From the NCBI GenBank assembly GCA_050230475.1, contig JBFLGF010000167.1:1-64000 (forward strand): 64,000 bases of DNA. Direction: 5' to 3'. Below the pieces are notes generated by a model. That model did no database searches and had not been told where the DNA came from. It saw only the letters and a list, made by a program, of their open reading frames with translations. Source of the stretch: Ancylonema sp. (taxonomy: Eukaryota). Position 1 is the first letter of the stretch; each line of letters begins with the position of its first letter. Shown here piece by piece: positions 31,843 through 44,547 of the stretch. The translations under genes were made by a program, and so were the position numbers.

Positions 31843-32367
31843 TAACACAAAGTTTGTTTATTCATTTTCTCACATAATTTCTCGCAATCGCATGTGATTA
31901 ATAATTGACGCGTAGAACGTGAGTGCAAATATTATCACAAAATATCCTCGAGTCCACCAATTTAGGAAATTGCACGTCCTCATGTACTATTATCGCACGC
32001 TGAAACATTTGACGACTTGGAGCCACGTGTCTAAACCTCGTTATTAGAAAATTATTCGCGAGGTCTCCCATTTAAAATTTCTTATACACAATGTAAGAAA
32101 TCTTCGGAATAAAAAACAAAAAAAAATAGGTTTCTTACATCGGGGTTTGCGTGTAGTGCTTTCCGAGGGCTTTTGTAATGACGCGTCAAAATGACTTGTA
32201 ATTTACCGTCGAACGAAATCGACACGGTAACATTTCCAACCCTAAGTTCCTGAGCCCCGAGAAGCCCGAAAAAACGCGTGGTTTCTTTGATGTCGTCATT
32301 TCTTTGATGTCGTCAGTAGAAGCCAGCGAAGTTTATGCTCATAGAGCTCATGGCTCGCTCACGTGTA

Positions 32368-34063
32368 CCGCTCTGGGCACCCTAAATGATTTCTGTTTTT
32401 CCAAAATAAATTATCTTCGTTCTGATTTTTCAAAATGATCCCGGGATTCCGTTAGTTATTATCGATGATTTCTGGGTAATGATTCCATGAATCCATCAGA
32501 CATTATCAATGATTTTGGGGGATGATTCCGGATTGTGGGAATAAAAAAGCGTAAAAGATTTCCTTGTTTAGGAATTAAAAATCAAATGATTTATCTTCAT
32601 ATGGGCCATTCTTACATATTTACCGTACATTTTGACGTCACAAGTGCTCGTGGCAAGCACTCGTACAGTGCGAGTGCTTGTACAGTACGAGTCATATATG
32701 GGTCTTTGAAGTGCGTGTTCCGCACGTATTCCGCACGCGTGCGCTCGCGTGCGCAAATCTCGCGCACGGCGCTGACCCATAGGCGTTACAATTATATTTC
32801 TTATGACCCGGGGGGGCGGGGTACTTCCTACACCCCGGGGGTGCCGGGATGTTTCTAAATTCATGAAATGTATTTGGTAAACCGGTTGCAACGTGGCAGT
32901 ATTCAATTTAGGGCCTAAGACGTTATATCGAACTACTTACAGTGCAAAATGGTAAGTACTCACTACTTGGTTAAATTTCGACTTCCGAAAGTCGATTACA
33001 GAAATTGTCCCGATGCGGTACGCGTGCCGCGCGCGCGCGCTCGCGCACGCGTGCGCAAATCTTGCGCATGGTGCTGACCCATCTATTGTACGAGTCGTGC
33101 GAGTTGCGGCATCTCGACCGGCCACAATTTTGTCGTTACCGATGGTCTTAATTTGTCGTGTAGCGCGTCTGATCGGTAATATTCCCCATATCGTGGGACT
33201 TTAGGGCCCGGCACGTAGTTTCTAGGGGATACTCCAGTTTTGACTAGCAACACTCAAGGCAACTTTATTTGCCGGCGTCGAATGGGCCGGTTGCTTAAGT
33301 AGCCGGTCATTCGATAAGTTCCCGCTGTAGCGCGAATTCGTCCCACAGCCCACGGCCCACGGGCTCACAACCCCGAAAAAAATCCGGTGGATCGCACCCA
33401 CTGGTATCGCAGGTGGACTCGCACGTGTTAACGCATGCGATACAGGCAGATATCTCGAAATTGAGAGCTTGTGCACGCGTCCGATACACGTTCACATTTC
33501 GCATTCGACACGCGTGCGCAGCTCAGTCGTAAAATTCACGTGCCTGTATCGCACGTGTGTCGCGTGGGTAAGCTCACGTGTCTGTTACACGTGCGGAATC
33601 CACCTGCCGATACCAGTGGGTGCGATCCACCGGGTATTTTTCAGGGTTGTGACTCACAACCCTGAAACAAGTTGTGACTCACAACTTGTGAGCCGTGGGC
33701 CGTGGGCTGTGGGACTAATTCGCGCTACAGCGGGAATTTATCGAATGACCGGCTAGTTAAGCAACCGGCCCACCCGACGCCGGTAAATAAAGTTGCCTGG
33801 AGTAACCTAACGTCGTAGCCTAACGTTGCCTAACGTCGTAAATGTCGCTCGTCCAAAAATGTGTCCTTTCGCACGTGCCTACTTGGTCGTGTACCCCGTC
33901 ACATCCAGGTGACCCCGAATTTTCCGTAAATGATTCCTAAAACGGGTTTTATTGATGATTTTTTATTGATGAGTATCCTTTTTCTACCATTGAGTTACTA
34001 ATTTAAATGATTACTTTCGGGTTTCAATAATTAATTACAAATCATTTACGGTGCCCAGTACGG
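32368..34063. mobile_element. Tc1/mariner-type MITE (same family as 2107-2812) expanded by nested insertions
   Basis: TIRs CCGCTCTGGGCACCCTAAATGATT / AATCATTTACGGTGCCCAGTACGG with TA flanks. Confidence 0.65.
33252..33803. mobile_element. Foldback MITE with ~175-bp inverted arms
   Basis: The arm ACTCAAGGCAACTTTATTTGCCGGCGTCG...CACGTGTTAAC is mirrored by ...CGACGCCGGTAAATAAAGTTGCCTGGAGT. Confidence 0.85.
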
Positions 34064-34602
34064 TATTTTAAATTTACCATACATCTGACAATTCCTTCCT
34101 GGTGGCTTTGAGAGGATGTCAATATTGTCGTGACGGCTGCCTTGAATGCTGGCTGCGATTTGGCGCAGAAGCGGTTGCATATAGTTTCAGTCGTATCAGA
34201 TGAAGCATCGTCACTTCTGTGGATCAGAATCTATAGAAGCACTTGGATGCGGTTTTTCTGAGATTGAAGGCAAGCTACAGCCCGAGCAGGCTGGATTACT
34301 GGCTAGATACTCGTCCATAGAATGTCTGCTCAGTTCCTCCTTTCACCATTTTTCTCTTGATTCGCGGGGTGGCCTCCAAAGTCTTCTTTTTCATCATTCG
34401 TACCAGCGTATCCCCACCGTCACAACGCTGTTTTATATCACTTGTTTGTACGCAGGTTATTGTATTGAGGCACGTCTTTTTTTTCCTAACCTCCCAATTT
34501 CTGCGTCGGAGGACATCATCACAGTTGCTTGTTTGGTCTTGTACTACTGGTACGATTTCCAGTCGGAAGGTAAAATATAGTATTCCTAGCTTCGTAGGAG
34601 TC

Positions 34603-35818
34603 ATGGGAAATTACTTCGCCTCCGCCGCGAAGGAGGACAAGAGTGAGCCGGAGTGCAAGGAAGCCTTCACCTGGTCCGTTCGGCGATTCTCTGAAATCAC
34701 GGCTGGTGTGCTCCACTCCAATACTTTCCGGCACCATGGAGTTTTGTGGTAAGGATCGAGAACGGGTCAGACTTTGATGGTAGCATGATTGTTTTATGTT
34801 ACCATCATGTCAATTCGTTCTGTCATTAGCGACTGCGTGCCTTGCTTTGCTAAGATTCGGTTCTGGTTAAGTGCCTTTTCGATAGTTGGTGCGTATTCCC
34901 TCCACATTCACTTATAGCGAGTTGGAGTTATTTCGAATGCATGCTTTCTTGGCGTCCATGTTTTTTTATATTTTACACTCACATGGCAGTTCTGGTAAGT
35001 TGTTGATACAGTGGATGCATCACAAGAGCATTGGAGTTGTTGTCCGGGAATCTACATAACGTCATGAAGTTTTTCTTTCCAATGGTCGCAACTGCTTTTT
35101 GAATGTGTGGTTTGTTGTTTGTTATAGAAAGAAAGGCAAGCTTGATCACACATCCCTTGGTATCCATAATTTGAAGAAGCATGGAATGTCGAGTTGTGAA
35201 GCATGTAGTAATGCGCGCCATAATTTTTCATAATTCTAACGTTTGTACATGGAATTCCTTCCAAGATGCACATGTTGGATTTGTCATTTCTTTTTCACGC
35301 AATGAGCATTTGTGTTTGCTATGATGCAGATGGTTGCTTCCCCAGTGCTCAAGGCTGCACTCACGATTGACATAAAGGAGAGGCAAACGAGGTGTATTGA
35401 CATGAAAGACTACTCGGATTCCGCAGTAGAGCAATTTTTGGAGTACATTTATACAATGGAGTTGCATTCAGATGGTTTCGAGACTATTTGTATGGCACAG
35501 CTATGGGCTATGGGTGACAAGTACATGGTTCCGGGGTTGAAGGAGTATGTCGAAGGGTTGCACACGGACCACATCACGTCAGAAAACGTCATTGGTGTCT
35601 ATGTGGAGGCTGACGCATTGAATGCTGAAGGCATAAAAGCATTGTGTCTAGACACTGTGGCCAAGAAGCTCAAATGCTTGCTAGAAGATATCGAAAAATT
35701 GCCCGACCGCGTTCAGTCCACCATGTTTCGCGAACTTATAGAGTTGGGTGTCTCGGTCGATAATGTATGCTCTGCATGCAAGGAAAATCGACGGGTACCT
35801 TCTGACATTCAAACGTAG
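34603..35818 (+). pseudogene. MATH-BTB copy 3 with internal deletion of most of exons 2-4; BTB exon still open
   Basis: Exon 1 34603-34748 (MGNYFAS...KEAFTWSVRRFS). Chimeric 77-nt remnant 34918-34994 (RVGVISNACFLGVHV ... THMAVL|gtaagt). Intact BTB exon 35330-35818 (MVASPVLKA...CMAQLWAMGDKY). Splicing these exons is out of frame. Confidence 0.8.
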
Positions 35819-36365
35819 CACATATGCGTGTCTGTGGGTGTTGTTGAAAAAGTGTATGCTCTCTCTTGAAGAATCTCAAGGTAACACGACCATCTGGTAG
35901 AGAAAACTTAATAGATACCTTTGCTCTCCTAGACTTTAGAGTTTTATTGTATAATTAAGGTTCATTGAAGATGGCGGTTGTGGGATTTCAATACTGGCCG
36001 GTGTGGCTTCAAAACTTGCAATGTTGTCTTCCTTGTATCTCCTTCGTAATGGATTCTCGTATCACAACATACTTTGATTCTCACGCCTCATGCAAACCTC
36101 ATCACTTGTGTTGGAATAGCCTCTCCACCGGGTGCAGTCCCATTCTGGTTTTTACGTCGTTACGTTACTTTATTTGTGTATTAGCTTTGTACGTGGAGAA
36201 GGGATGGCATTGCGATTTGGTGACGTTCATTGATTTACATTGCTTCATGTTCACGTGACTATTTACTATCTCGTAATTTTTTTCCTTGATTCTATGCGTG
36301 TGCTATGCCTATGAGTTATCAACGCTGTCGATGAGAGAAAATCATTGTGATGCCAGGAGATTATA

Positions 36366-36989
36366 CAGTGCTCCCTCGATACAACGACCCTCGATATAAC
36401 GACAACAGTGCCCCCTCGATATAACGATAGTTTTTTGGAACTTTTTTAAAATCAATATGAAATCGCCCTCGATATAAGCATAGCGACACTCTATATAATG
36501 ACAAATTATTTCAGAAATTTGTTACCGAATGTCGTTATACTGTGTATATAACGCTATAGCTCGCAGATAACGATGTATGGAAATCGAGAAAAATATAGAA
36601 CGGCACCTATATAGAATTCTATATAGGTCCAATAGAATGTGCGTGTCCGGTGTTGCTTTGTAACGACGTTAATATCTCCCCAACTCTCCTCGTAAAATTT
36701 TGTAGTATATTTTGTCCATCCGCATGTATTGGCATCATGACGCACTTGTATAGCTCGTATATCAATACACACGCTGAATTTAATAATCATCATGCCAAGG
36801 CAACTTACTCTAGGAAACACATAATAAACACATTTGCTTATTCACTTTGCTTCATTCGCAAAGTCCCTCGATACAACGACATAGATTTCAGATTATAGTA
36901 ATAAATGTCGTTATACAGTGTGTAACGACACCTCGATATAACGACACTTTTAAGGGGGAAAAAAATGTCGTTATATCGAGGGAGCTCTG
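36366..36989. mobile_element. pogo/Tc1-like MITE
   Basis: TIRs CAGTGCTCCCTCGATACAACG / CGTTATATCGAGGGAGCTCTG. TA TSD. Repeated CCTCGATATAACGAC motif. Confidence 0.85.
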
Positions 36990-37117
36990 TACACGTCTTC
37001 GTATGTGTTTGTTGAATGAATAATATGGTCGACACGTTGCATTAATATATGGTGATACTTTTTTATCGAAAACAATAACGTTCGGACGTGTTTTGACGTC
37101 GAGGTGACGTGAGACAC

Positions 37118-37570
37118 TGTTAGAATATTTTGGATAGCCATATGTTATGCGTGCTAGTCCAGTTGTGACCGGTTACTCTAACCGGGAGCAATATTCTAGA
37201 TGTGCCTGTATGCGGGGCCGGGCAAGTTTGTGCCCGGGCACCTGACAGGTTTCCGACGCTGAGAGACGTTATTTGGTCGACGCGTCGTGACTGGCTAGTT
37301 TAGTCGTGTCAGACATGTCCGGCATGTGCCGTTGACAAGTAGAAGAGCTGTCAGTCCATGATAGGCCGACGGTCAATTGTGCCGACCGTCGGCACGCAAC
37401 AATCTGTAAAGCGCATCGGGTATTACCATCCCCGATGCAATCACAATTAAATAATTCGGTCCACACACGCAACTCCTGTCTCGTTGATCATCAGTGATAG
37501 AGATCCTTTTGCGTACGGTTTTGTCGCCTACCTAAATATTCCGGCAAGTCTAATCACTCAAAAGCTTATA
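37118..37570 (+). repeat. 5' LTR of the copia element
   Basis: Direct repeat of 43269-43696. Begins TGT and ends AAGCTTATA. Confidence 0.9.
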
Positions 37571-40500
37571 GGTTATGGGCCCACGTGCGGTCTAGTTCAG
37601 ACGCCGTGAAGGTTAAAAACTAAAGGCTCCACGCGAGTTCGCTGCGGTAATCTCTGTGAACGGTATATTCTGCCAGTGAGCGCAAATATAGTCGTGGTTG
37701 TTCAGGTCTGCACGTAATTCTGATATTGCGCTGCAAGTTTTTGAGCTGAGTGCTGCAGTGCAGGAATTGCACTGAGAAGCTGTGCGAGAATTTTTGTAAA
37801 GTCCTACACAATAGCTGCCATAAGGTCGGATAGGACGCAAATCCCTCAATTTACTGGAGCTGATTATACAGGATGGGCCTTCAAGGTCAAGTATGGGCTG
37901 GCGGATAAGAAACTGCACCGTTTGGTGATGGATTGGGACAGTTTGCCGCGAAAGGTGCCCAGACGTAATCCTTCCATTGACCCTGATACGAGCTGCAATT
38001 TGCCGCCAGGGATCGACGTGGATGTCGAAGTGTTGGTCGACAACAGCAGATTTCCCTCCCAGCAGGAGTGGAGAAATGGGACGAGGATAATGGCTGCTAT
38101 GTCTTATATTGTGAAGCACCTGGGGGCCATCGGAGCTGACGCACGTCACTGACTGCACGACAGCTGCCGGCATGTGGGATGCTCTGCGGACATTCTACCA
38201 GGTGCAGGGTGCGATCGAGATCGCAAATACAGAGGCATTGCTGAGCGCTATCATTCAGACGGAGGCAGAGGACCTCAACGTGTACGTGAAGCGTCTGCAG
38301 CAGCTGCATCAGGACCTTAAGAATCTGGGGGCGCCAGTATCTCCAACGAAGCAGGCGATTAATCTGCTAAATTCGTTGAACACATTACAGTCCGATGGTT
38401 TCAACGCTGATGCCATGGTCTGTGAGTCGTCGCCACACCTCGTTTCACGATACCACACATCGTGAGTGCGCTGCTTCGCGACGACCGTGCGGAAAGAGCT
38501 GGAACGATCGAAAAAGGGGGGCGCTGGCCCGGAGGACACCAGGCGCATTATGGCCGGACCTCGGGGGGGGAATGGAGCTGGAGGTAGCAGCAGATCTGGT
38601 GGTGCGACCTGGAGCTGGTCGCAGAGACGCTGCAGGCGTCGAATGCTTCGGCTACAAATTCGGGCACATCAGAGCGAACTGCCTTCACCAGCACTGGCGG
38701 AGGCCATGCGGGCCATGGAAGTGTCACAGGTGCCATCAGGCAGGCCACGAGCTGCGCAATGCCCTGCGACATCACCAGCAGCTGGAAATCGCGCACGCTA
38801 CTCAGGGAAGTTCAGGGGGAGGCAGAAGTGCAGATATTGCAACATTGTCGGTCACACAATTGAACATTGCAAAAAAAGAACATCTGACATGGCTTTAATG
38901 AACCCAGAGGCTGCTAGGAGGGCTGATGCACAAGCTAGACTTGCTCGCTTTGCTGACAAACCCTTCAACGCTAATGTGGATTATTTAGCTTTCGGTGCTT
39001 TCTCGTTCAATGTTGCCCGGGCAATGTCTGCTGGTCCTCACTGAGACTCTTTGATCCTGGATTCAGGTGCTACATACCACATTTTCACGGCACGTGAACA
39101 TTTTGTGGAGTACACACCTACCCTGAGCACGCAGCAGGCCTTCATCACCACTGCTGACGGCCTCGTCACACAAGGGTGGAGGGCACTGGTTTCGTGCACA
39201 TCCGAGTGAGGAATGGCGACGCTTTCTTTGTGCAGCCACTCAGAACTCTATCCACGTCCCAACCTGTGCCTGCACCCTCGTGTCGACCTCGTGCCTCGTC
39301 AGAAGAGGTGGGCTGAGCTTTCTACCAGCTGCCCACCGGGTCCTGAATTAAAACAAGGGAAATGTGAAATGGGCTGATGTGTTGCAGCAGCCTAGTGGTC
39401 TGACTCTGCTTGCTGCCACAATCGTTATGCCTGGATCTCATGATACTACAGCGAATTTGTCCACAGGCATGGTCTGGCATCACAAATTGGGTCACCCCAG
39501 TTCTGATGTGATGTCAGATTTCGCCAGACGTGGGGACATCCCAGAGTTAAGTCAGGGGGAATTAACTGAAGTTAAGGGATGTCAGGTTTGCTGTCAGGGG
39601 AAGATGACTCAGCTCAGTCATGCTAAGGTCAGTGCGGATCTGGGAACATGCCCCAAGATGGGTCGCATCCACCTGGATCTCATTGGACCACTGTCTGTCA
39701 GGTCAGCTAACGGAAGGGTATACATATGCTCAGACAGGGATAGAGGTATCCACACGTCTTCTTTGTGAGCTTGTTAAAAACAAAGGAGAAGCACTGAACC
39801 GAGCAAGAGTCACTATACAATTGCTCGAGGTCCGTCGGGTCTGCCTACAGTCTATTCGGACAGATAGGGAGGGGAGATATGTCTCAGGACTGGATAAACT
39901 ACTGTGGGGGGAAGGTATTGATAAGCAAACCACAGAACATATAGTCCTGAACAAAACGGAATCTGTGAAAGACTGAATAGAACATTGACAGAAAAAATGC
40001 GATGCATATTAATCTGGTCAGGTCTACCGAAGTCGTATTGGGACGTGGCATTGTTACATGCAAACTGGTTGAGGAATAGAACACCCACTAAGTCGCTTTC
40101 TGGGAAAATTCCAATTGAGGTCTGGGAGGGGAAGAGAATGACAGTTAATAAAAGTCATAATTTCGGGTGTCTGGTCCAATATTTGAAGGGTGGGGGGGAA
40201 AAGAAAAGTCAAGGGGACAAGTTTGCCCCTCGTACTTGCTTTGGTGTGTTTCTGGGGATGGCTGCGGGGAGTGCAGGCTTCAATGTTTTCGATCCCCATA
40301 GATCTGGGGTGATATCACGCATGGACGTGAGGTTTTTTGAGGAGGTGCCGGGGTACCCGAAGCTGATGGGGGGGAGAGCTCCCCAGATTCAGGAGGCAGC
40401 AGAAAAACACTTTTTCTACCTTTTCCCCGACCCTGAAGATGAACCAGCTGCAGCAGTTGTGCGAGCAGCAGCAGTCCACCCCAACATGCCAGCAGCAGCA

Positions 40501-43268
40501 GTCCACCCCAACATGCCAGCAGCAGCAGTTCTGCAACTGATGCCAGCAGTTCTGCAGCCAATCCCAGCACCAGCGGAAGCAGCAGTCCCTGAGCCAGCAG
40601 CTGCCATCGACTATCCGCACGACAACTTCCAGCCACAAGCTGCTGAGGTCCCTAACGCCACGATTGTGCTGTCTGACAGCCAATCAGGGATCAACAACGC
40701 AGGAGGTGGAGATGCAGGGGAGGAGGAGGTGCAAGGAGGGGGTGCGAACCCAGATGTGGGGGAGCCCCGCAGTATAGCTGATCGGGTGATGGCTAGAAGG
40801 CGAGCCAACTTTGCCGAGTATGGGGATCTCATGTGATGTGATGGGGAGGAGTTTGATGACGCAGCACACGACAACTACTCAGCGACTGAGTGGGAGCCCA
40901 GCAGTTTCTACACACTGGCTTCAACGGTCCTGTGGATCCGGGCTACGCGTGCGTAGCATCTAACAGCAACTCCTCCGGCCACTCACCCTCAACCATGCGA
41001 TGAATGAGGCCAGACTGGGACCAGTGGGACAGGGCCATTGTGGAGGAGTTAGCAGCCCTGGAGACGTTCAACACCTTTGAGGTGTGTGTGCTTCCTCCAG
41101 GTAAAAAGGCTGTGGGGTGCAGATATGTGTTTAAGGTCAAAACAACACCACAGGGGGAAATTGAAGATATAAAGTCAGACGTGGTCGCACAGGGGTTCTT
41201 ACAACAAGAGGGTATTGATTATAATGAAGTATTTGCACCAGTAATTGACAGTACATCTATCACCCTACTCCTCTCTATAGCAAACCAATATGACTGGGAA
41301 CTGGAACAGATGGACGTAATCACAGCGCTGCATGGACGTCTGGAAGAAGAAGTTTACATGAAAATACCACCACGGATGTATATCAATGGGGGTGCTGAGG
41401 GAAAGGTCTTACGACTGAAGGGAGCATTATACGGTCTAAAGCACAGTAGCCACGTGTGGCAGGAAATGTTCAGAAAATTTATGATATCTGAAGGGTTTAA
41501 ACAGTGCGTAATGGACACATGTATATATATGAGGGGGGAAGCAGACAGCAGAATCATACTGGGAATACATGTAGATGATCAGGTGATCACAGGTCCTAAC
41601 GCAATGGTCGTCAAAACTTTTAAAGAAGATATGGGTGGTAAAAAGTTCAACAAAGTTAAGGATCTGGGTTCCCTAACCCATATCCTGGGGGTTGAAGTGA
41701 AGAGGGATAGACAGAGCAGACTGCTCACACTGGGACAGTCAGGATTCTTAAGGGGAGTGCTTGAACGCTATGGGATGCATGATTGTAATCCAACTAAACT
41801 CCCACTCGCCCCTGGAACTCAATTCACACAGAATGATGAACCAACTCTTCCCCCTACCCCTGAAGAAATAACAGACTTTCGTGGGAAAGTGGGATCACTC
41901 ATATATGCCATGAAACAAACCAGACTGGACATCGGGTATGCACTTGGGGTACTGGCAAAACACATGGGAAATCCTGGGGTGGCACACATAAGGGCTCTAC
42001 ATCAACTATTCAGATACTTTAAAGGGGACTGTCAACCACGGACTGACGTTTGTGGGAAAAGACACATTTGAAGTAAAGGGTTACTGCGATGCATCATGGA
42101 ACAGTTGTAGCATGACAGGGAAGTCAGTCACTGGATGGGTAACCACGGTTGGGGGGACAGCACTGAGTTGGAAGTCACAGAAACAGTCAACTATTGCACA
42201 GAGCACTGCTGAGGCTGAGTATATTGCTGCCTGTAGTGTGTCTAAAGAATGCTGTTATCTAAAGTCTCTCTTGAAAGAACTCAAATTCCCACACCAAATC
42301 ACAATCCACACTGATTCAACCTCAGCTCTCTCCATGATCCAGAATCCTGTGCAAAGACAGAAAGAAAACATTTTAATGTGGTATATCACTGGGTACGGGA
42401 ATGCCACAGCACGGGGAGACTAAAATATGTGTATCTTGCAGGCGCACATCAACCAGCAGATATGCTAACTAAAGCTCTACCCCAAGTTTTACTGGACAGA
42501 CACAGCAAAAGTCTAGGTTTTGGACGGTGATACTGAACTGGGGGTGTCAGTACTTTTCTTTTATTTTTATGATCGAAGGTTTCGAATGCCATGCATGTTG
42601 GCAGTGGGTGTGTTGTTATGTTTCTTTTCAGGCAGAAGTAATGGGGAGGTACAACCAACTTCAGCTCATCCAGCTAAGTCACACTTTCACCCCCAAACAC
42701 CTCGAAAAGACACCTACTTGAAAACGCTTAAGTACACTTTGAAATCAGAAAGTGTGAATCTGCTCAACTTTTTTAAACTTGTCATTTTGTTCTGAATTTT
42801 CGTATGTATGATGCTGTCTTAATCATTGTTGCAAAACTTGTGTCAAAAGTTGGTGCTGATAGGACTTGTAATTTTGAAGTTATGCTGTTTTGAGAGTTTT
42901 CTGACTGGAAAGTTGTGAAGTTTTCAGAATCGTGAAGTTGAAAAAGTTAAGAAATCAAAAATATTTTCATAAGTTTTTTTGTTTTTCCGCCTAACTTGTG
43001 GCATTTGTTTGTATGTGCAGGGCTTCGGCCCGAAAAACGACAAAGGATGGAGCGATCGTCTTCTGAAGTTCCGATCGGCGTCCGATCGTCTTCCGATCGT
43101 CTTCCGAACGGCTGCATTTATCGATAGATCCCCCTCGCACGCTTGTATGCTAGGGAAGACCAAAACTGTTTTATATGTTAGGTGATGGTTCTGCCATGTT
43201 TTGGCAATGACTTGGGTACTCCTTTTGATGTCTGCTCTATGCCAACTTTAGCATGGCATCCGAGGGGG

Positions 43269-43696
43269 TGTGGATTTTGGATAGCCATATGTTTATGCGT
43301 GCTAGTCCAGTTGTGACCGGTTACTCTCCGGGAGCAATATTCTAGATGTGCCTGTATGCGGGGCCGGGCGTTTGTGCCCGGGCACCTGCCATGTTTCCGA
43401 CGCTTAGAGACGTTATTTGTCGAAGCGTCGTGACTGGCTAGGTTAGTCGTGTCAGAAATGTCCGGCATGTGCCGTTGACATGTAGAAGAGCTGTCAGTCA
43501 ATGTAGGCCGACGGTCAATTGTGCCGACCGTCGGCACGCAACAATCTGTAAAGCGCATCGGGTATTACCATCCCCGATGCAATCACAATTAATAATTCGT
43601 TCCACACACGCAACTCCTGTCTCGTTGATCATCAGTGAAAGAGATCCTTTTGCGTACGTAAATATTCCGGCAAGTCTAATCACTCAAAAGCTTATA
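43269..43696 (+). repeat. 3' LTR of the copia element
   Basis: Follows the polypurine tract and aligns to the 5' LTR. Confidence 0.9.
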
Positions 43697-44511
43697 CTTG
43701 TCAATTGAATGCCCTGACACAACATGTCACAAAGTGGTGTTTAAAACCTATTTACGGATAGTTTCAATCTTTCAGTACCGCTAATATATTTGCGTATTGT
43801 AGGTGCGTGTTGTGCGAGTAACATGAGCAATATGACCATTCACGTATTTTGGATATTAACTTGGAGCGTATTGTGCTTATTGAATAACCTTTTATTTTGC
43901 CAGCTTCCTACATATAATCAATACATGTCAATGGAATCCAACCATCCACTAAATGACGTGTTAACATATTTATGAATGATGAATACGTATCGTGTTGTTA
44001 CCGCCTATCGCTATTGTTTTATTTATCGACGAACTGAATTCCGTGTTGACAAAGTTGACGTCTTAAGTGATATTAATAGCAAGTGATAAGTATAGCCACA
44101 CTTCTGTACCGCACGTCAAGTTAGCCCAAAAAACTTAATAAACTCTTTTTTAACGCACGCCATACAAATTTTATGACCCAAAAAATTATACAATATGAAC
44201 AATATCAGGTTTACAACTTACTTCGTAATTGGCTACTCCCTTTTAATTCTTCTCGCCATTTGCATGTATATTGAATCTTTCGTGTAGCCTATTACGATAA
44301 GCCGTCGCGTTTATTTACAATGAGTTTAATTATTGTCTTCGGACATTGCTTTGGGTAAATACAGAGGTTTCATTCGTACTCTTTATTTGTGTTATTCGAC
44401 GAATACTGACGCTCATAAATACCTTGAAGTTCTAAGTATCATTTTCTGTTTGTTTTTTTTAACATTCTTTTGGCAATCATAAGTTATGACTCGTAATAAT
44501 TATTTTGTATC

Positions 44512-44547
<36 letters not shown>

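Larger units (their letters stand above)
37118..43696 (+). mobile_element. Full-length, frameshifted Ty1/copia LTR retrotransposon
   Basis: LTRs 37118-37570 and 43269-43696. PBS GGTTATGGGCCCAC at 37571. PPT GAGGGGG at 43262. Gag with CCHC knuckles (CRYCNIVGHTIEHC). Protease LILDSGATYH (~39050). Integrase HHKLGH..CQVC and IHLDLIGP. RT 41004-42071 (GALYGLK, IHVDD). RNase H (GYCDASW, AEAEYIA, ADMLTKAL). Domain order is PR-IN-RT-RH. Confidence 0.95.

Noticed and set aside
43716..43720. GACAC matching the 5' flank of the copia element as its TSD
   Set aside because: It lies 19 bp beyond the LTR homology end, so it is probably coincidental.
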